From the NCBI GenBank assembly GCA_018673915.1, contig JABHBK010000059.1, forward strand, positions 34,603 to 98,602: DNA of 64,000 bases, given 5' to 3'. Numbering within the stretch: the first letter of the stretch is position 1; every line of letters begins with the position of its first letter. This DNA is from Nitrospina sp. (GTDB taxonomy: Bacteria; Nitrospinota; Nitrospinia; Nitrospinales; VA-1). Of the stretch, positions 18,697-28,040 are shown one piece after another. The position numbers were made by a program, and so were the translations under genes. Below the pieces are notes generated by a model. The model did no database searches and had not been told where the DNA came from. It worked only from the letters and a program-made list of their open reading frames with translations.

Positions 18697-19809
18697 CTAG
18701 TTACCACCGGGCGTTGCCCGGCGGGCCATTTTTTTCAGGGTATCGCCTTCCCATTCAAAGTCCATTCGAGGGCGCCCTTTATAGAGTCCTTTCTGGAAAG
18801 CATAACCATAAATCATGGGAAGCGAGACACTGGGCTCAACAAATGCCATGCTGTGCGTCGCCTCTTTATTTATTTTCCCCCACGACTGCGCTTCGGCCAA
18901 CGTGCTCCCACTCAACCCTCCCCAATGGGGTGAGTCTGTAGTGACCTGCAAAGCATATTTATGACCCCCGGTATCTTTCCCAAAGATATAGGACATGACC
19001 ACCGAATCGTTGACATAATTTTTAGGAACGCCTCCCGCGACATAAAAGGCTGCCGTTCGTGTTGAGTTCACCACAACCTGGGTCAATTCGTAATTGTCTC
19101 GAATGGAATCGATGGTAATCGGTGTACGCCCTTCTTTACGGGCCGAGTAGTAATGTTCCGTCAACCCTATTCCCAGGCTGGAGTCGTTAATGGCCGGACA
19201 AAAAACTGGAATATTATTTTTTCTGGCAGTTACAAGAATGGAATCTTCATCATCAATGGTTTCGGAAAGCCTGGAGATAAAATCTCTACTGGAATAATTT
19301 CCAGGCTCCAGAGTATCGGCGAACCTTCCCACCAGGGTGTCGTCTTCGACAAATAATTCATCATCCACATAAGTGTCATAAATCCGGTTGATGAAGAGTT
19401 CTCTGAGTTGGGTATCATTGGCATTTGGGCTACCATAATAATGGCCACCACCCAGGGCATTATAATAATCCTGGTATAAAATCGCCCCGGTTGAAACAAT
19501 CACGTCCACCATATTGTAATGAACCATATCCCGGATGACTTTTCTCAGTCCTGCCGCGATCAGAGGACCCGCCAGCCCCAAAATAATAGTGGGTTTCTCT
19601 TCATCCTGAAGCATGTTCCCAAATATTTTAGCGCATTGCCCGAGGTTTCGGGCTTGAATGGAAGCCGATTGGAATGATTCCACCAAGTCAGCCACATCAT
19701 TAATATTTTCAAAATCAACCGGAGCAATCCGGGTATGCAAAATTTCTTTTTTTTTCTTCTTCTTGCCTTCATCCAAGGGTTCAGGCATATAAGATTCTTT
19801 GTACCCCAT
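18697..19809 (-). CDS. Deoxyhypusine synthase-like protein (DHS family)
   Basis: 370 aa. The pattern GLAGPLIAAGLRKVIRDMVHYNMVDVIVSTGA...YDTYVDD is characteristic of the DHS / homospermidine-synthase-like family. Confidence 0.8.
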   Translation of the reverse strand: MGYKESYMPEPLDEGKKKKKKEILHTRIAPVDFENINDVADLVESFQSASIQARNLGQCAKIFGNMLQDEEKPTIILGLAGPLIAAGLRKVIRDMVHYNMVDVIVSTGAILYQDYYNALGGGHYYGSPNANDTQLRELFINRIYDTYVDDELFVEDDTLVGRFADTLEPGNYSSRDFISRLSETIDDEDSILVTARKNNIPVFCPAINDSSLGIGLTEHYYSARKEGRTPITIDSIRDNYELTQVVVNSTRTAAFYVAGGVPKNYVNDSVVMSYIFGKDTGGHKYALQVTTDSPHWGGLSGSTLAEAQSWGKINKEATHSMAFVEPSVSLPMIYGYAFQKGLYKGRPRMDFEWEGDTLKKMARRATPGGN

Positions 19810-19924
19810 TTTTTGCTCCCCGCCAGAAATTTAGTGAAAAGGGATCATACCCCCCCAGTCCGGCAACGTCAACCAGCGCGCCGCTAGACCCAATGAGCTG
19901 CGGATTCATACCCTTGCCAAAAGA

Positions 19925-20362
19925 TTAAAGCCGGGAGCATAGATCTTTGGAATGGCTCTTGGTATCGACACTTTCGATACTCTCGAGAATTTTCCCATCT
20001 TCTCCGATCACATATGTGATGCGAGCCGCGTGTTGCTCTTCAGCACTTTTAACTGCATGATAGCCTAAAGTAATTTCCCGGTTCACGTCACAAAGCAAAG
20101 GATAAGGAAAGGAGAATTTTTCTGCAAAGGCTTTATTATCCGCTTCGTTATCCAGACTCACTCCGAATATTTGAACATTCTTGTCTTCAAAACTTTTAAA
20201 ATCATCTCGAAAACCCTGGCCTTCCATAGTGCAACCGGGGGTGTCAGCCTTGGGGTAAAACCAAAGCACAACTTTTTTCCCACTTAAGTCTTTTAGACTG
20301 ACAGCATTTCCATTATGATCCTTTACAGAAAAATCGGGCGCATCGGTTCCGGGTTGCAACAT
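19925..20362 (-). CDS. bcp: Peroxiredoxin Bcp (thiol peroxidase)
   Basis: 145 aa with the active-site motif FYPKADTPGCTMEG. Confidence 0.9.
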   Translation of the reverse strand: MLQPGTDAPDFSVKDHNGNAVSLKDLSGKKVVLWFYPKADTPGCTMEGQGFRDDFKSFEDKNVQIFGVSLDNEADNKAFAEKFSFPYPLLCDVNREITLGYHAVKSAEEQHAARITYVIGEDGKILESIESVDTKSHSKDLCSRL

Positions 20363-20469
20363 TTTTTTCTCCTTTGATAAAGATAAAATTAATTTTTAGG
20401 CTGGCACAGGTATTAGATGATCCGAGGACTTTTAGGAAGCAGAAAATTTTGGAATGTGCTGAAAAATCT

Positions 20470-21162
20470 TTATAGATCAGGAAACAATTTCCCGGCAATG
20501 CTTTCTCCCAATAGCAAATCTTCTGGGCGGGTGATTTTAAGGTTCCATTCGGACCCATCCACAATCCGGACTTCCTGGCCCAGATATTCAATGAGAGAGC
20601 CTTCATCCGTACCATAAAACGAATCTGCCTGGGCTTTAAGAAAAGCCTCCCCGAGCAGATCAAAACGAAAAGCCTGTGGAGTCTGAACACGCCATAAACC
20701 TTCCCGCTCCACGGTTCGCAAAACCGTTCCGGAATTATTTACCTGTTTGAGTGTGTCATTAACCGGAATAGCCGTGATCGCCGCACCAAATTTATCAGCA
20801 ACTTCAAGGGTTTCTTGAATCATTTCTTTCGACAAAAAAGGCCGCACTCCATCATGAACCAAAACAATATCTGTATTTTTGGGAAGAACTTGGTACCCAT
20901 TAAAAACAGAATCCTGCCTTTTCTCACCCCCCACCACAACTTGTTTAACCACTGGGGGACGATTCAACCAATCGGCACGGGCATTAACCAATTCCTTTTC
21001 CGGCACCACCAAAACCAACGAATCAATGAGATCTGATTCTTGAAGTGTTCTCAAGGTGTAATGCAGGACAGGCTTCCCTTTTAAGGCTTGAAACTGTTTA
21101 GGAACAGTTCCTCCCATTCGGGTTCCCTGGCCTCCAGCCGGAATGATCGCGCAAACATTCAT
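20470..21162 (-). CDS. ispD: 2-C-methyl-D-erythritol 4-phosphate cytidylyltransferase IspD
   Basis: 230 aa with the N-terminal IIPAGGQGTRMG and the VLVHDGVRPF motif. Confidence 0.9.
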   Translation of the reverse strand: MNVCAIIPAGGQGTRMGGTVPKQFQALKGKPVLHYTLRTLQESDLIDSLVLVVPEKELVNARADWLNRPPVVKQVVVGGEKRQDSVFNGYQVLPKNTDIVLVHDGVRPFLSKEMIQETLEVADKFGAAITAIPVNDTLKQVNNSGTVLRTVEREGLWRVQTPQAFRFDLLGEAFLKAQADSFYGTDEGSLIEYLGQEVRIVDGSEWNLKITRPEDLLLGESIAGKLFPDL

Positions 21163-21263
21163 AATTGGTTAATCAACTTTCTCTCCCTAAGCGGACAAAG
21201 TGACTCAATGAAGGTTTCTAAAAATGACGTGGCAAACCGCAGGGGCAAGCCCTGGTTATAGGA

Positions 21264-22631
21264 TTAAAATAAATGCTCAAATACTTCCGAAAGATTTTTT
21301 ACAAAAATCAACTCAACGCCCTCATCGGGCAAACTCTTAACGTTTTTTGCAGAATGTGGGATTATGCAACGCTTAAAACCAAGCCTTTTGGCTTCGATGA
21401 TTCGGGCATCCAACTGCATGACGGAACGCACCTCCCCTGTCAGTCCCACCTCTCCAACTAGCACTGTTAACGGATCTATGACCTTGTCCTGAAAGCTTCC
21501 TGCTATAGCTGCCGCGACGGCTAAATCCAGAGCCGGTTCAGTAATCTTTATCCCCCCTGTCAGATTCACAAAAATATCTTCACCCTGTAAATTGAGCTCC
21601 ATCCTTTTTTCCATTATGGCAATCAACAGAGACATCCGGTTGTGGTCGAAACCCGTAGACATTCTTCTCGGCATTCCTATAGAAGAAGATGTGCTGACCA
21701 AGGCTTGAACCTCTACCAATAAAGTACGACTTCCTTCCAGAGTGGCCGCAATGGCAGAACCTGAGGAGTTTTCAGGTCGCTCAGATAAAAACCATTCAGA
21801 AGGATTTTCCACCGGCACCAATCCCTCGGGTGCCATTTGAAAAACTCCGATTTCTGGAGTGGGACCAAACCTGTTCTTAGTCGCCCTCAAGGCCCTGTAA
21901 GCATGGCCTCGCTCGCCTTCAAAATAAACCACCGTGTCCACAATATGCTCTAAAGATTTTGGACCCGCTATCGCCCCATCTTTATTAATGTGACCGATCA
22001 AAAGAGTAGGAATACTGCGATGCTTAACTGCCTGAAAAATTTTAAATGCCACTTCCCGCACCTGACCGATACTTCCCGGAGCTGATTGCAAATCCGCGGT
22101 GTAAAATGTTTGCACCGAATCCAGCACCAGCACATCGGGTTCAACCTTATCTATCCACTTTAGAATATCCTCCACACATATTTCGGAACACACCAGTAGG
22201 TTTTCTGACAAAGCATTGAGGCGTTCAGCACGGAGCTTGATTTGAGACCCCGACTCCTCCCCGGAAACATAAAGAACCTTTTTCCCGAGCCGGGCCAAAT
22301 GGCCCATACTTTGTAAAGTGATTGTGGACTTTCCGATTCCCGGTTCTCCTCCAATCAGAATGAGCGAACCCTCGACCATGCCTCCCCCCAAGACCCGGTC
22401 GAACTCTCCTATACCCGTCGTCAGACGGTTATCGGCAATAGACTGAACTTCTGTAATTGGGACTAGCACCGAGGAGTTGGAACTTCGTTTAGAGTTGCGC
22501 AAACTTGACTGTTGACGCGAGGCTTCTTCCACCAAGCTATTCCAGGACAAACACTCAGGGCACTTTCCCATCCACTTAGGAGTCTGGTGCCCGCATCCCT
22601 GACAAACAAAAATAGTAGTGGTTTTAGCCAT
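21264..22631 (-). CDS. radA: DNA repair protein RadA/Sms
   Basis: 455 aa with an N-terminal Zn finger (CQGCGHQTPKWMGKCPEC), Walker A GEPGIGKST, a KNRFG motif and a Lon-like C-terminus. Confidence 0.95.
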   Translation of the reverse strand: MAKTTTIFVCQGCGHQTPKWMGKCPECLSWNSLVEEASRQQSSLRNSKRSSNSSVLVPITEVQSIADNRLTTGIGEFDRVLGGGMVEGSLILIGGEPGIGKSTITLQSMGHLARLGKKVLYVSGEESGSQIKLRAERLNALSENLLVCSEICVEDILKWIDKVEPDVLVLDSVQTFYTADLQSAPGSIGQVREVAFKIFQAVKHRSIPTLLIGHINKDGAIAGPKSLEHIVDTVVYFEGERGHAYRALRATKNRFGPTPEIGVFQMAPEGLVPVENPSEWFLSERPENSSGSAIAATLEGSRTLLVEVQALVSTSSSIGMPRRMSTGFDHNRMSLLIAIMEKRMELNLQGEDIFVNLTGGIKITEPALDLAVAAAIAGSFQDKVIDPLTVLVGEVGLTGEVRSVMQLDARIIEAKRLGFKRCIIPHSAKNVKSLPDEGVELIFVKNLSEVFEHLF

Positions 22632-22726
22632 AATGTGGCAGGACAGTGGGATTTAGCGATCGGTCAAACTTTGAAAATAACCGATGCATTTTTATTGAAG
22701 AAAAAGCTTTTTTTCGCCCGGCAGTT

Positions 22727-24166
22727 TTATTTCCCACCGGCTCCACTTTTAGCGGAACTTAATTTCCCAAGAGTTTTCTTAATATCGTCGCCTCGGGAGA
22801 TATTTACATTCGCTTTTCGGCGCAGATCAGCGAGAGCTTTCATGATTTCTTCCTGATTTTTTTTCAAACCTGCCTGAGCCTTTTGCAAAGCTCCCTGCTC
22901 TTTTTGCATAGTACCCAGAGTCGTGGCAACGGGACCCAGCTTTGCCTGTTCCTTAGCAATCGTTTTGAGAATTTCAATCAGTCGGGAGAGCTTTTCATTT
23001 GCCAAATCCACTTTGGTATTACCGGCATCATCTTTTTGCGCTGACTCCTTCAACTGCCCCACCATCGAACTTTCCAGTTCCGTGGAATGAATAGCAAGCT
23101 CTGTGGAAAGGTCTATAAGCTTATTAAACTTTTCATCCGCTAACTTATTAAACTCCCCGGTAAGTTCCAGGTCGACCTTGAGAGCGGAAAGCGCTGCATT
23201 GGAAGCGATGTTTTGAGTTTGCAGAGCTTTCAAGCTTTCTGCCAGCTTATTATTTTTTTCATCTGCCATCAAAAGATTTTTATTCGCAACAACCACAGCC
23301 TTGTGGGTTTGCTCCACCACAGAATTACTGCCAACAATATCTTGCTTTACCTCTTCCAGCCCCACATGAGTGACTCCAATATCTTTCTTGATGCCATCCA
23401 GCATGGATTTAGTTTCCAAACCTTGCTTCAGATTTTCCTGGAGAATCTCTCTTAGCTTCTGGTTCACCTCCTGGTTTTTTGCGAAGAAGGCCGCAAGACT
23501 TTTTCTAGTTTCCAGGTTGGATTGCTCCAAATGCTTCAGAACCAATTGCCGGTTCTTCTCGTTTTCTTCGGCAATGGTGGGAATAACCTCCGTGCGAAAA
23601 AGGGCAATGGTATCATCGAAACCTTTTTGAATCGTGGCGCTCTGAGCCTCCCCCTGCTGAACAACTTTACCCAGGGTGTCGCTATTGGCCGAGGCAAACT
23701 GCCGAAAATTTGTTTTGCTGGATTGTTCAAATTTTTCTATGTCCTGCGCGAGACCCTCTTTCAGTCTTTCCTGGCCTTTCTGGAACTGGTCCAGGATCTT
23801 GTTTTGCTGGTGGATTTTATCCAACACCTGATGTTTTACTTCCGCTTCCAAATCACTTATTTTTAAATTAGTTTTGCCCAGACTACTGATTGTTTCCGCC
23901 TTATTCTGGTCAATCGCTCCCAATAACTGGGGAAGAATCTGCTTGATTTCTTCAATCTGGCGCAACATTTCTTCTTGTTGTCCTTGCAAACTTTTAACCT
24001 GGGTATTTTTTAAATTCTCTAGATGAAAATTGAATTTTTTTAACTCAGTTTCTATTTTTAATAAGTCCTCTTCATCGGCGCCAAATAGCTGGGCAAACGC
24101 ATTGACCGGAGAAAGTATTAGGAGGAGTAAAAATAAAGAAAGTGAATAGAGGGATTTCGCCTTCAT
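22727..24166 (-). CDS. Secreted long coiled-coil protein (hypothetical)
   Basis: 479 aa with a signal peptide (..SPVNAFA-QLF). About 440 aa of Q/E/K/L-rich heptad-like sequence follows, with no recognisable enzymatic motif. Confidence 0.6.
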   Translation of the reverse strand: MKAKSLYSLSLFLLLLILSPVNAFAQLFGADEEDLLKIETELKKFNFHLENLKNTQVKSLQGQQEEMLRQIEEIKQILPQLLGAIDQNKAETISSLGKTNLKISDLEAEVKHQVLDKIHQQNKILDQFQKGQERLKEGLAQDIEKFEQSSKTNFRQFASANSDTLGKVVQQGEAQSATIQKGFDDTIALFRTEVIPTIAEENEKNRQLVLKHLEQSNLETRKSLAAFFAKNQEVNQKLREILQENLKQGLETKSMLDGIKKDIGVTHVGLEEVKQDIVGSNSVVEQTHKAVVVANKNLLMADEKNNKLAESLKALQTQNIASNAALSALKVDLELTGEFNKLADEKFNKLIDLSTELAIHSTELESSMVGQLKESAQKDDAGNTKVDLANEKLSRLIEILKTIAKEQAKLGPVATTLGTMQKEQGALQKAQAGLKKNQEEIMKALADLRRKANVNISRGDDIKKTLGKLSSAKSGAGGK

Positions 24167-24185
24167 GGATTCTGCTCTTTCGTAG

Positions 24186-24214
24186 ATTTCAAGATACCTA
24201 GGTTATTGGTTCAA
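24186..24214 (-). promoter_or_regulatory. Candidate sigma-70-type promoter of the coiled-coil gene
   Basis: On the minus strand it reads TTGAAC-17 nt-TGAAAT. It lies about 20 nt upstream of ATG 24166 and just downstream of the pal terminator. Confidence 0.35.
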
Positions 24215-24227
24215 ATTTCCTTGCCAT

Positions 24228-24269
24228 AAAAAAAACAAGCCGCGCCAGGGATGTCTCCCCAACGCGGCC
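24228..24269 (-). terminator. Rho-independent terminator of pal
   Basis: On the minus strand: GCCGCGUUGGGGA-GACA-UCCCUGGCGCGGC. That is 13 pairs including 3 G-U, followed by UUGUUUUUUUU. Confidence 0.8.
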
Positions 24270-24314
24270 TATTATATACAGATTCCATCCGGAATCATTA
24301 AAAACGCGAAATGA

Positions 24315-25121
24315 TTACTCTGAAACCATGAAATGCGCCCGACGATTTTCTTGCCAGCAGGCTTCGCCGCTACCAAAGCAAAAAGGTTTTTCTTCGCCAT
24401 AGCTTATAACATGCACATTTCTGGAGCTCACACCTTGAGATATCAAATATTTCTTGGTTGAATGAGCCCGTCGCTCTCCCAGAGCTATATTATAATTATT
24501 GGTGCCTCTCTCATCACAATGACCCTGAACCTCCACATGCACGTTCGGATTGCTTTTGAGAAACTCAGCATTTTTTTGCAGTACAGCTCTGGAGTTATCG
24601 TCCAGGTCATATTGATCAAATTTAAAGTGAATATCTTTCAAATCTGATGATGACTTAAAGGACTGTAACCTGGACTCTTGAATTCCAGAGCCTGTTCCAG
24701 AACCACTTCCACCATTTGATGCAAAAGGATTGGCATCAAAAGAACCACTTGAACCATTGCCGATATTGGCTTGACCGCCAGAACCAAAGTCTCCATTACC
24801 GGAACCGCCCAGACTTCCTGGACCTGAATTTCCAGATAGACCGCTTCCCGCAGAGCCACTGGAGCTTCCAGCATCAAAACTTCCTGAGGAGGAACTTTGT
24901 TCCAATACAGGTTCCTCACTGAAGAAACCAGAGTCTCCGGGCCCACCTGATCCGCCAAAGCTATCCTCTGACGATCCTGAAGAAGAGGCTGTGAACTCCG
25001 ACCCTTCACTGATACCCCCTGAAGTTTCGATCTCAGGCGGCATAAGTTTTTTCGAACAAGCCGTCGTTAAGAACAAACAAACTACTGCGGTGATGATTAT
25101 CTTCCAATTCATAGTTTTCAT
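24315..25121 (-). CDS. pal: Peptidoglycan-associated lipoprotein Pal (OmpA-like) with a long Gly/Ser-rich linker
   Basis: 268 aa with the lipobox LTTAC. About 130 aa of G/S/F/D low-complexity sequence follows. The OmpA_C domain shows FDQYDL...GHCDERGTNNYNIALGERRA. Confidence 0.85.
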   Translation of the reverse strand: MKTMNWKIIITAVVCLFLTTACSKKLMPPEIETSGGISEGSEFTASSSGSSEDSFGGSGGPGDSGFFSEEPVLEQSSSSGSFDAGSSSGSAGSGLSGNSGPGSLGGSGNGDFGSGGQANIGNGSSGSFDANPFASNGGSGSGTGSGIQESRLQSFKSSSDLKDIHFKFDQYDLDDNSRAVLQKNAEFLKSNPNVHVEVQGHCDERGTNNYNIALGERRAHSTKKYLISQGVSSRNVHVISYGEEKPFCFGSGEACWQENRRAHFMVSE

Positions 25122-25429
25122 ATATTAGCCCTCGCCTAAAAAAATTTTCCCCAAATTTATCTACTAAATAGTGCCTTCTGCAAACCAAGTTGAACTAAGT
25201 TTCAGAATCTATTGGTCTTAAAAATTTATCGTATAAAAATATCATCCTATAATTATATTAAAATTACAACAAAAATATAGAAATTTTTATTATTTCCTTA
25301 TAACTGCCGATATTCCAAACGTTTTGTTTTTAAAGAAGAAACTGCTGAAAAGGGGTATATAAATATGTTAAAGGAAACGGCTTTTAACCACAACCCCTAA
25401 TTTACATTTATTTTGCCTTTGGAAAGAGC

Positions 25430-26779
25430 TTAGTGTTTGAAATAAGAGGACCATGCGGGACTATGTCCCTTGCCAGAGAAAGTCAATTGCCTTGCCACAT
25501 TACTCCCCACTTTCTGGATGAAAAGATCGAATCGATCATTTTCTCTCCCTCTATATATAATGAATCGGCCATCGGGAGACCAACTGGGTTGCTCATAGCT
25601 TCCAGAACCTGTAGTCACGACCCGGCTCTTATGAGTATTCAGGTCATAGATGCTAATTTTGAACCTTTTCCCAACTCTCGATGTGTATGCAATTTGGTCA
25701 CCATTAGGGGACCAGGCAGGGTTATCGTTATAGGCAGAACCAAAAGAGATTCGAGTTACCTTGGACTGGTCACCTTTTTCAGAATCCATAATATAAATTT
25801 GTGGGGATCCGGTTCCTGAGCGATCAGAAGTGAAGGCTATTTTTTTTCCATCGGGTGACCAGGTGGGGGATGTATCAATATTAAAATGGCGGGTTAAGCG
25901 TTTCAGTTGATGATCTTTATTCAAAATATAAACTTCTGAATTTTGATCTCTACTCAACACCAACGCAATTTTCTGCATATCTGGAGACCATGACGGTGCG
26001 GCATTCAAACCCGGAAGGCGATGCAAGGTCTGCCGTCTTTTTCCTGAGGTATCTATCATGATCAAATCAGGGTTACGGGCAGCATAGGAGGTATAAATAA
26101 TCCACTTACCATCAGGCGACCAGGCCGGGCTAAGGTTGAGGGTTCGATCATGGGTCAACCGCCTCAGATTATATCCGTCAAAATCTATAAGATAGATTTC
26201 CTTGCCTGCATTTTCCTGACTCAGGAAAGCTATTTGAGTTTCTGCAATGCCACGTTTTCCCGTCAACTGCATGACCACTTCATCGGCAAACCGGTGCAGG
26301 GTTGTTCTAAGCAGGTCGCTCGAAGCTTTATAGCGCTTGCCCAAAAGGAATCGTTTGTTCACAGCATCATATAATCGGAAAGTAAAAACCTGACCTTTCC
26401 CATTTTTTAATACGCTGTATTCGGTTTTAATAAGCCATTGAGCTCCTACCTGACGCCAGCTCCTGTAGTCAATCACCGAAGTTGAAGGTTCCATATTTTC
26501 CAGTTCCTGAAATGCCGGCTTTCGCAAAAGAGAAAACCATTCGGAAAGCATTAAGTCCTTCTCCAGAATTTTTTTGGTTTCCTTTCCAATCCCCATAAAA
26601 TCTTCCATGGAACCTTTCAGCACAAAATCTGTAATCGCTATGGTAACTTTTTTCCGCGTCTCGCGTTCCAGATCAATGCGGGCTCGGGATTCCGCCAAGG
26701 CGGTTCCTGCCTGCAACAACACCAGAACCATTAAAATCAGTGATGAATAAAAACTGAACTTACTAGTCTTTGGGAACAT
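25430..26779 (-). CDS. tolB: Tol-Pal system beta-propeller protein TolB
   Basis: 449 aa with a signal peptide. Repeated PxWSPDG blades are present (SPAWSPDGKW, APSWSPDMQK, SPTWSPDGKK, NPAWSPNGDQ, QPSWSPDGRF). Confidence 0.9.
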   Translation of the reverse strand: MFPKTSKFSFYSSLILMVLVLLQAGTALAESRARIDLERETRKKVTIAITDFVLKGSMEDFMGIGKETKKILEKDLMLSEWFSLLRKPAFQELENMEPSTSVIDYRSWRQVGAQWLIKTEYSVLKNGKGQVFTFRLYDAVNKRFLLGKRYKASSDLLRTTLHRFADEVVMQLTGKRGIAETQIAFLSQENAGKEIYLIDFDGYNLRRLTHDRTLNLSPAWSPDGKWIIYTSYAARNPDLIMIDTSGKRRQTLHRLPGLNAAPSWSPDMQKIALVLSRDQNSEVYILNKDHQLKRLTRHFNIDTSPTWSPDGKKIAFTSDRSGTGSPQIYIMDSEKGDQSKVTRISFGSAYNDNPAWSPNGDQIAYTSRVGKRFKISIYDLNTHKSRVVTTGSGSYEQPSWSPDGRFIIYRGRENDRFDLFIQKVGSNVARQLTFSGKGHSPAWSSYFKH

Positions 26780-28040
26780 ATTTAAAATATATATTTATAT
26801 GAAGGTTAGACATCTTTAACTCCCTGGGAAATTCAGGGAAAGGAACCGAATCCAAAACCGCCCTAACAGCCAGCGTATTCAGGGCTTCCACTCCAGAGCT
26901 TTTTTTTATAAATGGCTTATCAATATTTCCACTAGGAAAAATGAAAAAGGAAACCACCACTTCCTGATTATGTTTTTCAGCTAAAGGCTCTCGCCAATTT
27001 TTAAAAATCTTTTCCTGAATCATTCCCACATACAACGATTGCGCATCCGCGCCCGTGGGTCCTTCTTTTTTCGTAAAAACATACGAGTTTCCTGTTTCCG
27101 ACTCATCGGTTACCTGCGAGGCCCTGGGAAGAGTTCGCAATTTACTTTGAAAACTGGAAGAATCGAGCCGGGTATTGGAAACTTCCACATTTATCGGTTC
27201 TGACTCGATGGAAAAGGAACTCAGCTTTTCGATAATAGGGTCATAGGATTCACTGCTTTTCTCTATTCTTTCTACTGGCTCCGGTTCTCCTGCTTTCAGG
27301 TCAGGAACAAGCACGGGCGAGGCATCCAACTTAGCCACCTGCTCTAATTCCTGCAATAAATCCCTTTTAGGGGCTTTAGGTTTTTCAGGTTCTTTGCTTT
27401 CAGAAACTGATTCTTGTAGCTTCGCCAAAGAAGCTGGTGTCTCGGGAAGGCTTTCTTCAATTTCAGGCACTTCAACATCCTCCAGAATTTCTGTTGGAGG
27501 AGGAGGAACGGGAACAATAGTCTTTTTTTCTTTGATGCTTTTATTCTTTAATGCCTCTAAATCTCGAATCGTTTCCTCGTTAATGGGTTTCTGCTTATCC
27601 GGTTTAGGTGGCGAAGGCTTAATTTTGGAGGTTTCCAGCCGTGCCACCTGGGCCAATTCCTCAACAACATTTGGAGTCGCTAGAGCCATCTTTCCTTCCA
27701 GTTTATTCAACGCCTCCAAGACTCCGTTAGTCTTGGGTGTTTTGATCGCAGAAGACTTTTTCACTTTAGCAGGTTTGGAGATCGGACTTTTTTTTGTCGC
27801 AGCTTTCTTTTCAACACTCTTTTTTTTTGCTCTTGCTTTAAGTTCAGAGCGTTTCGACCCAGCCTTTTTAAATCCTGTTGGTTCACTGACAAGGTTTACC
27901 ATAAATGCAGGAACAACCGTTTTTCCTGGGTAAGAAGGTTTCGGAAGAAACATGACGATTGTCAAAAACAGAAGGTGCACGAAAACAGAAAACACAAGCA
28001 TCTGATTAAAGTCAAAAGACTGAGGAAACTCTACTCTCAT
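26763..28040 (-). CDS. tolA: TolA-like protein (TM anchor + K/P/E-rich spacer + TonB_C-like domain)
   Basis: 425 aa with an N-terminal TM segment and a long low-complexity K/P/E/S region. The C-terminal pattern is EVVVSFFIFPSGNI...SSG...LN.LAVRAV. It sits between tolR and tolB, with start and stop overlaps on both sides. Confidence 0.7.
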   Translation of the reverse strand: MRVEFPQSFDFNQMLVFSVFVHLLFLTIVMFLPKPSYPGKTVVPAFMVNLVSEPTGFKKAGSKRSELKARAKKKSVEKKAATKKSPISKPAKVKKSSAIKTPKTNGVLEALNKLEGKMALATPNVVEELAQVARLETSKIKPSPPKPDKQKPINEETIRDLEALKNKSIKEKKTIVPVPPPPTEILEDVEVPEIEESLPETPASLAKLQESVSESKEPEKPKAPKRDLLQELEQVAKLDASPVLVPDLKAGEPEPVERIEKSSESYDPIIEKLSSFSIESEPINVEVSNTRLDSSSFQSKLRTLPRASQVTDESETGNSYVFTKKEGPTGADAQSLYVGMIQEKIFKNWREPLAEKHNQEVVVSFFIFPSGNIDKPFIKKSSGVEALNTLAVRAVLDSVPFPEFPRELKMSNLHINIYFKYVPKD

